In this document: one piece after another, positions 19,138 to 29,298 of the stretch | Layout: every line of letters starts with the position of its first letter | Numbering within the stretch: position 1 is the stretch's first letter | NCBI GenBank assembly: GCA_050633245.1 | Contig: JBOEGD010000030.1 | Span: forward strand, 1-64,000 | Direction: 5' to 3' | DNA: 64,000 nt | Source of the DNA: Calditrichia bacterium | Lineage (GTDB): Bacteria > Calditrichota > Calditrichia > RBG-13-44-9 > J075 | Translations under genes and position numbers: made by a program | Notes under the pieces: generated by a model | Database searches by the model: none | What the model was told of the DNA's origin: nothing | Seen by the model: the letters and a program-made list of their open reading frames with translations, nothing else

Positions 19138-19917
19138 ATGCCAAGACATCGCAATCAACATAAGAATAAGCGTCAAAAGAAAAAGCTCGCTGCTAAACCA
19201 TACACAGGAAAAGCGACAATAGACCATCCTAAATATGGCAAGGTACCACTTATTCGAAGAGAATGGTTTGTCTCTAACGGAAAAACTTATTCATTTCCAG
19301 ACTATGATCCCGCTTACCAGCCCCCATTACCAGTTGGCGCTATTCGCGGTGATGTAAGCAGACAAAACTATGGATTAAACTGCCCTCAATATTATTATAT
19401 TGACATAAAAAAACACTGTATTCAATGTCGTCAGGAATTTCTGTTTAGTGCCAAAGAACAGAAGTTTTGGTACGAGAAGCTGAAATTCTATTTCGAATCC
19501 ACTGCTATTCGCTGTATGCGCTGTCGTAAGCAGCGACGTAGCGGTAAAATGTTACGTCAACAAATTGCAGCCATCAACGAAAAGCTTCGTGAAAATCCGA
19601 ATGAGCCGGGGTTATTAATTGAGCTCTGCACGGCATTGTTACTGCTTCGCGAGCGCTGCCATGCCGGCGATCTGGACAAAGCAATTGCTGCTGCACGCAA
19701 AGCACAGCGTGTTCTGCGAGAGGCTCCACATATAAAGCTGCTTCCCAGAGCACTATTTGCAGAAGCGCGTTGTCATGCATTTTTGGAGCGCAAAGATAAA
19801 GCACGAGGTATTTTCACAGAATTCCTGAAAAGCATTGAGAAGCGTAAGAAGGGATTTCGCAAAGAAATACAGTGGACAAACGAATGGATTGCAAAACACT
19901 CTAAAGAATCCACCTAA
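19138..19917 (+). CDS. Zinc-ribbon domain protein with C-terminal TPR-like helices
   Basis: CIQCRQEFLFSAKEQKFWYE...RCMRCRK zinc ribbon. Confidence 0.75.
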   Translation: MPRHRNQHKNKRQKKKLAAKPYTGKATIDHPKYGKVPLIRREWFVSNGKTYSFPDYDPAYQPPLPVGAIRGDVSRQNYGLNCPQYYYIDIKKHCIQCRQEFLFSAKEQKFWYEKLKFYFESTAIRCMRCRKQRRSGKMLRQQIAAINEKLRENPNEPGLLIELCTALLLLRERCHAGDLDKAIAAARKAQRVLREAPHIKLLPRALFAEARCHAFLERKDKARGIFTEFLKSIEKRKKGFRKEIQWTNEWIAKHSKEST

Positions 19918-19988
19918 CAGCTGTAAGACGACTGAACCAAAACCCTATTCATAAATACTTTACACCCAAATAATCTGTTGGAGAATAT

Positions 19989-21224
19989 ATGAAAACCCTA
20001 TTACTAATTAGCATTGCACTATTGCTATCTGCTACAAATCTGACAGCCAACGGTTCCGATTGGCCGGCATGGCGTGGAGCCGAGCGAACTGGTCAGGTAT
20101 CCGGTCCTGAATGGCCGACCAATTTGGACAATCTTAAGGCAAAATGGACCGTTCCTCTCGGTAAAAGCTATAGCAGCCCGATTATTGCCAATGATCGCGT
20201 CTTTGTTTTCGAAACAACCGACGAAAAGACTGTTACTGTTCGTGCCTTGAATCGTGCGGACGGTTCTGAGCTTTGGAAAAAAAGCTGGGCAAGCAGCTTC
20301 ACTGTACCCGGTTTTGCCCTGGCAAACGGCTCTTGGGTAAAGTCTACACCGGCATGGAATGGTAAGACTCTTTTCGTTGGCGATATGCGTGAAGTATTGG
20401 TCGCTTTCGATGGCGTAACGGGTGAAGAAAAATGGCGGATCGATTTTCCCGAGACCTATGGCACGCAGGTTCCGCCATTTGGTTTTTCCTCTTCACCTTT
20501 GGCAGTAGACGACAAACTGTATGTTCAAGCCGTAAACTCTGTTTTTAAGCTGGAGGCTGCAACAGGAGAAGTTGTTTGGCGCGCTATGAGTGGTCACAAT
20601 CCAGACGATATGTCTCAACAAGGTGCTTTTTCTTCACCGGTTTTAACCACGCTTGCAGACAAAGAACAGCTGCTAATAATGACGCGAGCTTCTCTGAACG
20701 GCATCGATCCTCAAAATGGTGATCAACTTTGGAGCGAGGCGATCCCCCATTTTCGCGGCTGCCTGATTGTTACACCAACTGTTTATGGCGAAGGTATTTT
20801 TACCAGCTCCTTTCGCAATGGCTCGTACTTTTACAATCTTAGTGCAGATGAAGGAAAAGTGAATGCCGAGCAGGTCTGGAGCAACAAAATTAGTGGTTAT
20901 ATGTCCTCTCCGATTGTGATTGGTGGCTATGCCTATATGCACCTCACCAATAATCGCATGGCCTGCATCGATTTAAAAACCGGTGAAACCACGTGGACCA
21001 CGACAGGAAAGTTCAGTAAGTATGCCAGTATGATTTGGCAGGATGACCGAATTCTTGTTCTGGCAGCAGATGGTATGCTCCATTTGCTTGAAGCCAATCC
21101 GAAGGAGTTTACCTCGATTGCTTCGCAGAAAGTAGCAGAAGGAGAGACATGGGCCTATTTGGGAATAAGTGGCAGTGAACTGTATGTGCGTGAACTTGAG
21201 GGATTGACGGTTTATACCTGGTAA
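19989..21224 (+). CDS. Secreted PQQ-binding-like beta-propeller protein
   Basis: Signal peptide, DWPAWRG, SYSSPII, FSSSPL, IDLKTGETTW. Confidence 0.85.
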   Translation: MKTLLLISIALLLSATNLTANGSDWPAWRGAERTGQVSGPEWPTNLDNLKAKWTVPLGKSYSSPIIANDRVFVFETTDEKTVTVRALNRADGSELWKKSWASSFTVPGFALANGSWVKSTPAWNGKTLFVGDMREVLVAFDGVTGEEKWRIDFPETYGTQVPPFGFSSSPLAVDDKLYVQAVNSVFKLEAATGEVVWRAMSGHNPDDMSQQGAFSSPVLTTLADKEQLLIMTRASLNGIDPQNGDQLWSEAIPHFRGCLIVTPTVYGEGIFTSSFRNGSYFYNLSADEGKVNAEQVWSNKISGYMSSPIVIGGYAYMHLTNNRMACIDLKTGETTWTTTGKFSKYASMIWQDDRILVLAADGMLHLLEANPKEFTSIASQKVAEGETWAYLGISGSELYVRELEGLTVYTW

Positions 21225-21389
21225 CAATGGTAAACGGTGAACGATGAACAAACACAAAAATTATCTAAAGTAGACGTTCTGTCTTCTGTTCACTGCTCTC
21301 TATTCTCTGCTCTCTATAGTTGAGCTTGCAAATAGAAATGCACTTATTTATGTTCATCGGAACACTGAATGATTACAAAGGAAAAAAAT

Positions 21390-21737
21390 ATGCTTCGCTT
21401 TATAGGAATTGGAATTGTTGCCGTTAGTCTATTGTTCGGGCTTGGTTGTACGCAAGAGTCACAAAATCAGATTAGCCGCACCATTCAGAACTGGACTGGC
21501 ACCAATGGTGTGCTCGAAATTTATGCCGGAGATAAACTGGTTCGCCGTTTTGTCGGTATCGATAAATTGTCTACGGCGTATGGAACATCGAATAACAGCC
21601 AAATCAGACCGTATCGCTACGGTTATGGTTACCTCGACACCAATAGAAACATGAAAGCCGACGGTAACGAGAAGAAGGTTTACTTTGAGTTCAGCGACTA
21701 CAGCACCAGCTACGTCTTTTTCGAGTCGCCGAGCTAA
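21390..21737 (+). CDS. Lipoprotein of unknown function
   Basis: Lipobox GLGC; SD AAGGA before ATG 21390. Confidence 0.7.
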   Translation: MLRFIGIGIVAVSLLFGLGCTQESQNQISRTIQNWTGTNGVLEIYAGDKLVRRFVGIDKLSTAYGTSNNSQIRPYRYGYGYLDTNRNMKADGNEKKVYFEFSDYSTSYVFFESPS

Positions 21738-22945
21738 TTAACCGGTAGAGCAATATGCTTTTCGCGGATCGGCAGATGTAATACCATAGATATTATGCTA
21801 AGCACTGCGGCGCCAACCCAAACGGCGTCGTAGGAGCCGGTAGCATCATACACACGCCCGCCCAGCCAAACTCCCAAGAAACCTCCCACCTGATGGCTTA
21901 AAAACACCATTCCATAAAGAGTGGAGAGATAACGTGTACCAAAGAGATGTGCTACCGTACCGCTTGTTAGTGGGACTGTCGCCAGCCAGATAAATCCTAT
22001 CGCCCCGCCGAATACCAGCGCTGTTATATCATTTAGCGGGACGGCAATAAAAGACAATATGACCACAGCGCGCAGAAAATAAATCAAGCTTAGCAAACGC
22101 GTCTTGCTTAACCGATCTCCCAGCCAACCGAAAAAGTACGACCCGCCAATATTGAACAATCCAATAAATGATAACGCCGTTGCGCCGGTCATAGAAGAAA
22201 CGCTGTGATCGGATAAATACGCTGGTAGATGCGTTGCAATAAAAGCAACATGAAAGCCGCAGACAAAAAAACCAATAGTCAGCAACAAATAACCACGCTG
22301 ACAAAATACGAAAGAAACCAGTTGAGCAAAAGGAAGAGTCTGCGGCGAATTATCGCTGCTCAGTGCCCCGGGACGGTTGGGTAAACCAAAGGAAAGCGGA
22401 ATTATCAGTGCGGTAAACCCTGCCAGCCAGAAAAAGGTCTCACTCCAGTTAATCGAATCCAGCAGTGCCTGTGCACCGGGAACGATTAGAAACATGCCCA
22501 GCGAGCCGGAAGCAGTAATCAGACCAAATGCAGCTCCACGTCGCTCTGCCGAAACCACCTGAGCAACAGCGCCAAGCACAACGACGTACGAAGCGCCGCT
22601 AAGTGCAACACCAGCTACGATACCCAGAGAAAAATACAGGTTCGTTGGTGAATCTACCAGCCCCATAAAACACATAGCCGCAACATATAGCATTCCACTC
22701 ACGATTAAAACGCTGCGTGGGCCATAGCGATCTGCTAATATTCCGGCAATGGGAATACCAACAACAATATTTTGAATCGCCATTGCCAGGCTAAACACTT
22801 CTCTCTCACCAGTCAGATGTTCGGTTAGAGCCGGTAAAAATAATCCAAAGGTTTGACGCGTTCCCATGCTAATAATAATAATCAGCGCTCCGGCAGCAAT
22901 AAGAATTGTTGAAGAATCTTTTATTAGTCCGCTACGCTCTTTCAT
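21734..22945 (-). CDS. MFS transporter
   Basis: GILADRYGPR motif A, GFFVCGFH, about 12 TM segments. Confidence 0.92.
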   Translation of the reverse strand: MKERSGLIKDSSTILIAAGALIIIISMGTRQTFGLFLPALTEHLTGEREVFSLAMAIQNIVVGIPIAGILADRYGPRSVLIVSGMLYVAAMCFMGLVDSPTNLYFSLGIVAGVALSGASYVVVLGAVAQVVSAERRGAAFGLITASGSLGMFLIVPGAQALLDSINWSETFFWLAGFTALIIPLSFGLPNRPGALSSDNSPQTLPFAQLVSFVFCQRGYLLLTIGFFVCGFHVAFIATHLPAYLSDHSVSSMTGATALSFIGLFNIGGSYFFGWLGDRLSKTRLLSLIYFLRAVVILSFIAVPLNDITALVFGGAIGFIWLATVPLTSGTVAHLFGTRYLSTLYGMVFLSHQVGGFLGVWLGGRVYDATGSYDAVWVGAAVLSIISMVLHLPIREKHIALPVN

Positions 22946-23726
22946 TCGCTATACTCTTTTGTAAATCGGTAAAATATGCCGGGCTGCTAAGCAAACGACT
23001 CCCATACCACGAGAAAGCCATACCATCGACTACAATTGGATGAGCATCTGGAAGTAGACCCTTAAGCTCAATACAATCTTTTTCAGCAAATGGAAACGGC
23101 TCGGAAGATAGCAGCAATACCTCGGGCTTTGCTTCAACCAATTGCTGAAGCGAGACCTCAGGATAGCGTTCAACGTCGGCAAAAACATTTTCAAAACCGG
23201 CAACAGCCAGCATATGATTGATAAACGTATTTCCTGCTGCAATCATATAAGGGTTTTTCCAGATAAAATAGGCCGCACGTTTTGGTGCAGGCCTTTGAAA
23301 GCTGTTGAATTCCGCTGAGATTCTGAGGCAAATTTCTACTGCCTGCTCCCTTTTGCCCGTAAGTTCACCAATTGAATTAATCATTTTAAGAGAGTCTTCT
23401 ACTGAGTAGATATCACTCATCCAAACCGGGTAAGACGCTTGTAATCGCTCGATTCCCTCCCGATAATTTTCCTCATGGTTTCCGATTATTAAATCCGGCT
23501 TCAGCTCTTCAATGCGATCAAAATAAAACTTTTTGGTACCGCCAATTTGGACTTTTTCATTCAGCCAGGAAGAAGGTTCGGTGCAATAGCGGGTTATACC
23601 AACGACCTCGGAATTAAGTCCGAGATCGTAAAGCAATTCTGTTTGGGAAGGAACAAGCGAAACGATTCGCTTTGGTAGGTGCGGAAGTAAAACCTCCCGC
23701 TCCATTTGGTCGGTATATTCAGGCAT
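22932..23726 (-). CDS. Helical-backbone metal/cobalamin-binding protein (BtuF-like)
   Basis: RIVSLVPSQTE, VGITRYC, IGGTK, LSSEPFPF, FSWYGSR. Confidence 0.85.
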   Translation of the reverse strand: MPEYTDQMEREVLLPHLPKRIVSLVPSQTELLYDLGLNSEVVGITRYCTEPSSWLNEKVQIGGTKKFYFDRIEELKPDLIIGNHEENYREGIERLQASYPVWMSDIYSVEDSLKMINSIGELTGKREQAVEICLRISAEFNSFQRPAPKRAAYFIWKNPYMIAAGNTFINHMLAVAGFENVFADVERYPEVSLQQLVEAKPEVLLLSSEPFPFAEKDCIELKGLLPDAHPIVVDGMAFSWYGSRLLSSPAYFTDLQKSIANERA

Positions 23727-23729
23727 TTG

Positions 23730-25082
23730 TTAGCGTGCCTTCTGTGTGCCCGGTTTAAAGTCCATTGTCAAAGCTGAAACGACGGTCTGGTCGTTTGAAA
23801 TGAAGTGTGGAAAGATTGCAGCAACGCGTCCATTATAGGCATCGATATTATTGTAGTCACCAAAGAAGACCTCTTTGTTACACTCAAAAGCATCAATCTT
23901 GACCGGGTAGTGCTTAAAACTTTCTCCGCCATCAATACTACGAGAGATTGTCAATCCGGTTTTCGTGCCGCTGTACTTTGCGCGATCATTGTAAATAATA
24001 TTAATGGATCCGTCAACCGGATCGACTGCCATCCAGGTAAAGAACTGCTGTTTACCATTACCTTTTTTATCGGCATTGACACGAATCTGCTTCGACCACG
24101 TTTCACCCTTGTCACGTGAGTACATCAGGAAGACATCCACATCGCCATTGCGTTCATCAGTCCAGTTGATGTAAACAGAGCCATGATGCTTTCCACCACT
24201 GATATCCGTTTTGGTTACGGGAAATCCATTGCAGCGCAAAATGCCATCGATATCCTGACTCCAGCCGCCGGGAAGGTCGCTGATTACCCGATCTTTACCG
24301 AATGTCTTACCACCGTCTAAAGACTTATCAAATACAAGCCCCTTCGGACCAGACCATGAAATATAAACTTCTCCATCCGGACCAGCCGCAGGTACCGCAC
24401 CTTCAACGGTGTTATCACCATCATCACAATCTCCGCCGGTGTCGGAAATTCGAAACGGTACGTCAAACTGATCACCATTATTTGTCGAGCGAGAAAAGTA
24501 GATTTGCGAAGAATCTGTTTTCAGCTTGCTATGATATTCATCGAAGCGCGTCCAGGCGATATAAACATAGTTACGATGTGGTGAGTATTCACTATTATCT
24601 GTACACAAATAGGGTTTGTCTTCATAGGGTCGCAATGTATTAAGGTGGTCGACAACCAGAAGATGATCTCCCCACACATTTGAGTTTGCCTCAGAACGTG
24701 TTACATAAATTCCATTGGCCTTTGTTTTGGTAGTCCGCAGACCACGAAAGCAGATGAACGAATGATAGGCAACACCCTCGGCATTAAAGACGATCGCATC
24801 ATCTCCTTGTGCCCGGGTAAATGGGTTTGCTTCCGTTGCAACTCGCCAGGTTTTTCCGGCGTCCTCGGAATGATATCGCATATTCACAACGCGTGTTTCG
24901 CCTTCAACGCCATAGCGTATCGATGCGCCAACAATGTTATCCGGGTTCGTGGGGTTGATTGCTATAGTAGGCTCTACCGGACGCTGGGCGCCATTAGGGC
25001 TTACCTGCACAATATGTTGAGTTTGGGCAAAAAGAAATCCCGAAAGAACTATTAATCCGGCAACGGTTTTGAAATACTTCAT
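23730..25082 (-). CDS. Secreted sialidase-like/BNR repeat protein
   Basis: Asp-boxes SEDAGKTW, SLDGGKTF, SRDKGETW, SIDGGESF; FFGDY; SD GGAGG before ATG 25082. Confidence 0.82.
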   Translation of the reverse strand: MKYFKTVAGLIVLSGFLFAQTQHIVQVSPNGAQRPVEPTIAINPTNPDNIVGASIRYGVEGETRVVNMRYHSEDAGKTWRVATEANPFTRAQGDDAIVFNAEGVAYHSFICFRGLRTTKTKANGIYVTRSEANSNVWGDHLLVVDHLNTLRPYEDKPYLCTDNSEYSPHRNYVYIAWTRFDEYHSKLKTDSSQIYFSRSTNNGDQFDVPFRISDTGGDCDDGDNTVEGAVPAAGPDGEVYISWSGPKGLVFDKSLDGGKTFGKDRVISDLPGGWSQDIDGILRCNGFPVTKTDISGGKHHGSVYINWTDERNGDVDVFLMYSRDKGETWSKQIRVNADKKGNGKQQFFTWMAVDPVDGSINIIYNDRAKYSGTKTGLTISRSIDGGESFKHYPVKIDAFECNKEVFFGDYNNIDAYNGRVAAIFPHFISNDQTVVSALTMDFKPGTQKAR

Positions 25083-25195
25083 CTTTTGCATCCTCCAGGA
25101 CAATGAAACGTGGGCAATAATTTTACGTTGGCAGCGCAAGCGAGGGTTTACTAACCGGATAAACTATCAAATTTCAGGCAATTATCAAATACTCA

Positions 25196-25834
25196 CTATG
25201 TAAGCGAGAGCATAAAGCGGTTTGTCTCGTTAGTTTCAGAAAAGTTCATCTTGTTAAGATAAAATCGCTGTCCATTTCCATTGACATTCATATATAGCTT
25301 TTTAATTCCTTGCGCGGTAAAATAGCTGCGGTGGTCATGATAAATAAACCTGCCAACCTTATAGTCCCGATACTCCGGGATCACATAGTCCAGCTGAATA
25401 TCCAGAGATTGCGCATCAGTTTTCTCGCCAATAAATACGCCAACCGGATTTAGTCCGATCATTACCATAAAGGCAATCTGCTCGCGTTCTGGCCGCAACT
25501 CGAAGTTCGGAAAATGACCGGCAATATCTTCATTAAAACGCTCTAGCACATAGCGTAAATATGGAGACTCGTCTTCGACATCAAGAATACTAAACGTCTT
25601 TGTCGTATCTGAATGAAACAGATGGGACAAATGATAGATGTTGATGCCCACGATGAACAAGTTCATTAAGGCAACCGGATATGCTTTTATTAGTAATCCA
25701 TAGACCACGAAAATAATGGCCCCAATCATATTAAAAATACGCAGCTTTAAGATCGAGCTCATCATTAAGGAGACAGCTACCATCGCAGATGCAACATAGC
25801 CGATTATTTCATAGATTGTATAAGTATCTAGCAC
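25196..25834 (-). CDS. YgjV-like inner membrane protein with C-terminal GNAT-like domain
   Basis: IGYVASAMVAVSLMMSSILKLRIFN; LDYVIPEYRDYKVG; SD GGAG before GTG 25834. Confidence 0.75.
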   Translation of the reverse strand: MLDTYTIYEIIGYVASAMVAVSLMMSSILKLRIFNMIGAIIFVVYGLLIKAYPVALMNLFIVGINIYHLSHLFHSDTTKTFSILDVEDESPYLRYVLERFNEDIAGHFPNFELRPEREQIAFMVMIGLNPVGVFIGEKTDAQSLDIQLDYVIPEYRDYKVGRFIYHDHRSYFTAQGIKKLYMNVNGNGQRFYLNKMNFSETNETNRFMLSLT

Positions 25835-26032
25835 GTGGTCTCCAAGGGCATTTTTATTCGACAAACAGGTATAATTGAAGTATAGATTTATAACTGTTAT
25901 CAATCAAATTAAATTCTATCTGATTACTCTTTTCGTCCATCATATAATTTACCCCACAAAAAACTACGAAAAATTTGCGCAGTGTAACGCACAATGTGCA
26001 TTTTTAGTTAGATGGATTACACATGTAGTTAT

Positions 26033-26068
26033 AAAAAAAGCGCTGTCTCCATTTTAGAAACAGCGCTT
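26033..26068 (-). terminator. Rho-independent terminator of the Crp gene
   Basis: AAGCGCTGT-N13-ACAGCGCTT stem with a poly-U tract on the minus strand. Confidence 0.7.
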
Positions 26069-26089
26069 AAAACAATCTATAAAGTAGAT

Positions 26090-26884
26090 TTAGAAACAGG
26101 TAGACAAGCTTTTTAGCGTGTCTATAGAAAGTACGCGAATACGCTTTCGCTCATACGATATTGTGCCGCATTTCTTTAATTCAGATAAATGCAAGCTTGC
26201 CGTTTCGCGGGAGCTTGCGACAAGATTAGCAATGTCTTGATGCGTAAGGGTTATCTTGATTTGACCGCTTCGTTGATCACCGGCTTTTTCATAAAGTGAA
26301 CAAAGCAGCTTGCAGATTCGGGTACGGACATCGCTGAATACCAGATTCTGCAGTTTTTTCTGCAAGATATTAATTCGCTGGCTCATCAACTGGAAAATGC
26401 GATAGGAGAACTGTGGATATTTGTTCAGAAACTCCTCAAAATCGCGCTTTCCGAGCACCGCAACGATAGAGCTATCGATAGCGCGGGCGAATCCACCTGA
26501 AAAACTTTTGCCCAAAAACGTTCCAAAAATCTCGCCACGACCCAGTATATCAATCGATAACTCTCTACCGCTCTCATCTAAATAGCCGATTTCAATATTT
26601 CCGCTTTGAACAAAATAGATCTTCTCGCTACTGTCGTAGGGAAGGTAGACATATTCTTTTTTATCATATCGATAGAAGACAAAGCGCGAACAAATGCTTT
26701 CTGCGTCTTCCTTTGTAATCCCTTCAAACATAGGAAAGCTGGAACGCAGCAGCGTATCTGTTTCAGAATTCGAATGTAATATCTTAGAGTGCATTTCACC
26801 CTTTTTTCTGCGCTTCCGCGTGGACTTTCCAGCAACCTTGCTTTGGGCCCGCAAATCACTTGATACCGAATTGAATTCATGCAT
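26090..26884 (-). CDS. Crp/Fnr family transcriptional regulator
   Basis: cNMP-binding fold (IYFVQSG..GEIFG), HTH LTHQDIANLVASSRETAS; SD AGGAG. Confidence 0.92.
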   Translation of the reverse strand: MHEFNSVSSDLRAQSKVAGKSTRKRRKKGEMHSKILHSNSETDTLLRSSFPMFEGITKEDAESICSRFVFYRYDKKEYVYLPYDSSEKIYFVQSGNIEIGYLDESGRELSIDILGRGEIFGTFLGKSFSGGFARAIDSSIVAVLGKRDFEEFLNKYPQFSYRIFQLMSQRINILQKKLQNLVFSDVRTRICKLLCSLYEKAGDQRSGQIKITLTHQDIANLVASSRETASLHLSELKKCGTISYERKRIRVLSIDTLKSLSTCF

Positions 26885-26922
26885 GTCACATCTCCTGATG
26901 GTTCGATTATGCTTTCTGCAAT

Positions 26923-26938
26923 TGCAATAACCTTGCCA
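26923..26938 (-). promoter_or_regulatory. Putative sigma-54 promoter of the Crp/Fnr gene
   Basis: Minus strand TGGCAAGGTTATTGCA = GG-N10-GC; places +1 near 26912, just upstream of the SD. Confidence 0.6.
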
Positions 26939-27063
26939 TACTATGCGGACCGCGACAGCCGATGTAAAAGCTTGATCAAAGACTTAACCTGTTACATCGT
27001 TTAATAGTCAGAAAAAAAGTTCACATAAATATCACGACATATTCAAATACCTCTAAAGCTCGA

Positions 27064-27777
27064 TCAGTCAAAGGGAAGGAAAAGATCATCAAACAAAGCT
27101 TCCGTTTGAAGCAGTGGGTATGGGCGGGAAAAGTATTCTACAATTCCAATTGGCTTGTAGCCTCCTTCAGCAGTCTCGAAGGCTTGAAGTAAATCCAATT
27201 GTGAAGCATGGCATTCAATTGCCCTCAATTTCACAGCGTAGTACGCTTCAACATCTATGGCATGTGTTATCTCGCCGCTTCGAAACGCAACAACATTCCG
27301 AATATGTTGTAGAGCCTCAGCTTGCTCTGCATTTATACCATAATAAAAAAGCTGTGTTTTAAACGTCGCTTCTTCTACAGCTGCCCGACACCATTTCGCC
27401 ACCGCAATATGATCTGGATGTGAAGAGACACCGCTATCATGAAATGTTATTAGCAAATCCGGTTGATATGTTTCAATTTCGGCCTTCACCAAAGCAATAC
27501 CCTCCTGCTCAGGGTATTCAGCCAGCTGTTTATCTGGCAAACTCAGCTGCTCTAGCTGCGATAGTCCCAAAACTTTGACAGCAGCCTGAAGTTCAGCCAC
27601 TCGCATTGCAGCCTTTTCTTCAAGATCTATCGTTTTGCAAATTCCCAGGCTGCCAGCTTCTCCACGGGTAAGCGTAACCAGCCTGATATCATGTCCTTCA
27701 GCGGCATAACGCGCCAGCGTTCCACCGGGTCCATAAACTTCGTCATCTGGATGTGGAAAGATTACGAGGATTTTCAT
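27064..27777 (-). CDS. PIG-L/LmbE family deacetylase (BshB/MshB-like)
   Basis: PHPDDE, TRGEAG, HPDH, HASQ; ATG 27777 after GGAG (the ORF-track extension is translated microsatellite). Confidence 0.9.
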   Translation of the reverse strand: MKILVIFPHPDDEVYGPGGTLARYAAEGHDIRLVTLTRGEAGSLGICKTIDLEEKAAMRVAELQAAVKVLGLSQLEQLSLPDKQLAEYPEQEGIALVKAEIETYQPDLLITFHDSGVSSHPDHIAVAKWCRAAVEEATFKTQLFYYGINAEQAEALQHIRNVVAFRSGEITHAIDVEAYYAVKLRAIECHASQLDLLQAFETAEGGYKPIGIVEYFSRPYPLLQTEALFDDLFLPFD

Positions 27778-27792
27778 CTTAGCTCCAAAATA

Positions 27793-27890
27793 GTGAAAAG
27801 TGAAAAGTGAAAAGTGAAAAGTGAAAAGGCAATAAGGCAATAAGGCAATAAGGCAATAAGGCAATAAGGCAATAAGGCAATAAGGCAATA
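27793..27890. repeat. Compound microsatellite (GTGAAAA)x5 + (GGCAATAA)x~8
   Basis: Units read directly. Confidence 0.95.
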
Positions 27891-28112
27891 TACTTCCTGT
27901 CTCCCACTTTGTGTTCTGCGTTCTGGTATAAAATTAACAGAGGTAATTACGTTTTGTCATAAGTCTGATATAACACTGTAACCCGGTACGACAAACTTCT
28001 TACAGATGAAAAGAAATACACTGTATTTTTTCATCAATCGACAGCCACCAAGCCACAAGAGCTAAAAAAGTGTAACTTTTAAATGACATTTCCTTAATTA
28101 TTAAATCAGGTC

Positions 28113-28141
28113 TTGACAAAGTGTCATTTTTACTCTAATTT
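28113..28141 (+). promoter_or_regulatory. Putative sigma-70 promoter for the TrmB gene with an overlapping palindrome
   Basis: TTGACA-17-TAATTT; TGACA-AAG-TGTCA overlaps the -35 box. Confidence 0.5.
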
Positions 28142-28379
28142 ATTCAGAACGTTAAGCAGTTTAGCGCCATAAGCAAATAAACAGGCGAACAGTTTTATTA
28201 TTCGCAGCATGAGCAAGGTATTCTGTTCATACACTCAATCTTATGATGGTAAAAGAGACGCAGATGATACAACACAAGCGCATACTGCGATGCCCCTGTA
28301 ACTACAGTTGAGAAACGCTACCAGGCTACTTTAAAACAGACACAGTCTATACCATATATATATATCCGGAGGAGTTGAT

Positions 28380-29258
28380 ATGTCGAAGGTTATTATTGAA
28401 CGCATGATGAAGCTGGGGTTTACCCTGTATGAATCACGTGCTTATATTTCACTTCTAAGAGAATATCCCGCTACGCGTTATGAAATCAGCAAGCGCAGCG
28501 ACGTACCGCGTTCAGCTATCTACAATGTGGTTCAGAAGCTTGAGAGTGCCGGAATTGTAAATGCACTTTCTACCGACCCAATCAAATACATGCCGCTTCC
28601 CCCGGATAAACTTCTGAATTTGATTGAAAAGAAACACCAATCTGAGGTAAGCCAGTTTCGGGAAAGCGTTTCCAATGTGCACGTGGGTATCGAACGCGGG
28701 CAGCTATGGAACGTTACCGGTTATACCAATCTTATTCTGAAAGCAAAGGAGATTATTCTAAACGCCACCGAGCAACTTTATATTTCGGCATGGATGCGTG
28801 AGGTGACTGAACTTCGGGATGAACTTAATGAAGCGCAGGAGCGCGGTGTGTTGCTAACGGTGTTCTCGCTAACAGAGCTACCGGATATCTTTAATATCGC
28901 TTACAGCTATGGATTTAGCGAAACGGAACTGGAATTAACCGAAAAGCGCAATTTGATTATCATTCGTGATAGCAAAGAAATGCTTATGGGCGAAGCTAAT
29001 GTAGAGCAACCTAAAAAAGCCGCCTGGACGCATAATGAAGCATTTATCGAAATCTCTACCAACTATATTATTCAGGATATTATGCTCTACGGTCTGCGCA
29101 CCGGGACTGACGTTAGCGAGGTATTTAACGGAATTCAATCAGTGGGAAGCGAAAGTGACAAGCTACCTGGCGTACCCTATCGGTCAACGAACCTTAGCGG
29201 TAGGAAACTGCGGACATTGGTAACTAAAATTCCATTTAAGAGCGTAGAGGAACAGTAA
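28380..29258 (+). CDS. TrmB family transcriptional regulator
   Basis: LGFTLYESRAYISLL, YEISKRSDVPRSAIY wHTH; C-terminal effector domain; SD GGAGGAG. Confidence 0.92.
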   Translation: MSKVIIERMMKLGFTLYESRAYISLLREYPATRYEISKRSDVPRSAIYNVVQKLESAGIVNALSTDPIKYMPLPPDKLLNLIEKKHQSEVSQFRESVSNVHVGIERGQLWNVTGYTNLILKAKEIILNATEQLYISAWMREVTELRDELNEAQERGVLLTVFSLTELPDIFNIAYSYGFSETELELTEKRNLIIIRDSKEMLMGEANVEQPKKAAWTHNEAFIEISTNYIIQDIMLYGLRTGTDVSEVFNGIQSVGSESDKLPGVPYRSTNLSGRKLRTLVTKIPFKSVEEQ

Positions 29259-29298
29259 CTGGTGCTCTTTTGACAATCTGAACAATACCGGCCTTATA

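Noticed and set aside
17271-21737. Integron cassette array of short unrelated genes
   Set aside because: No attC-like RYYYAAC...GTTRRRY hairpins between genes; the only tyrosine recombinase is a typical XerD without the IntI insertion.
27778-27888. N-terminal extension MPYCLIALLPYCL... of the PIG-L ORF
   Set aside because: It is a translation of the microsatellite; the real ATG with an SD is at 27777. The same applies to the HD gene extension at 43860-43925.
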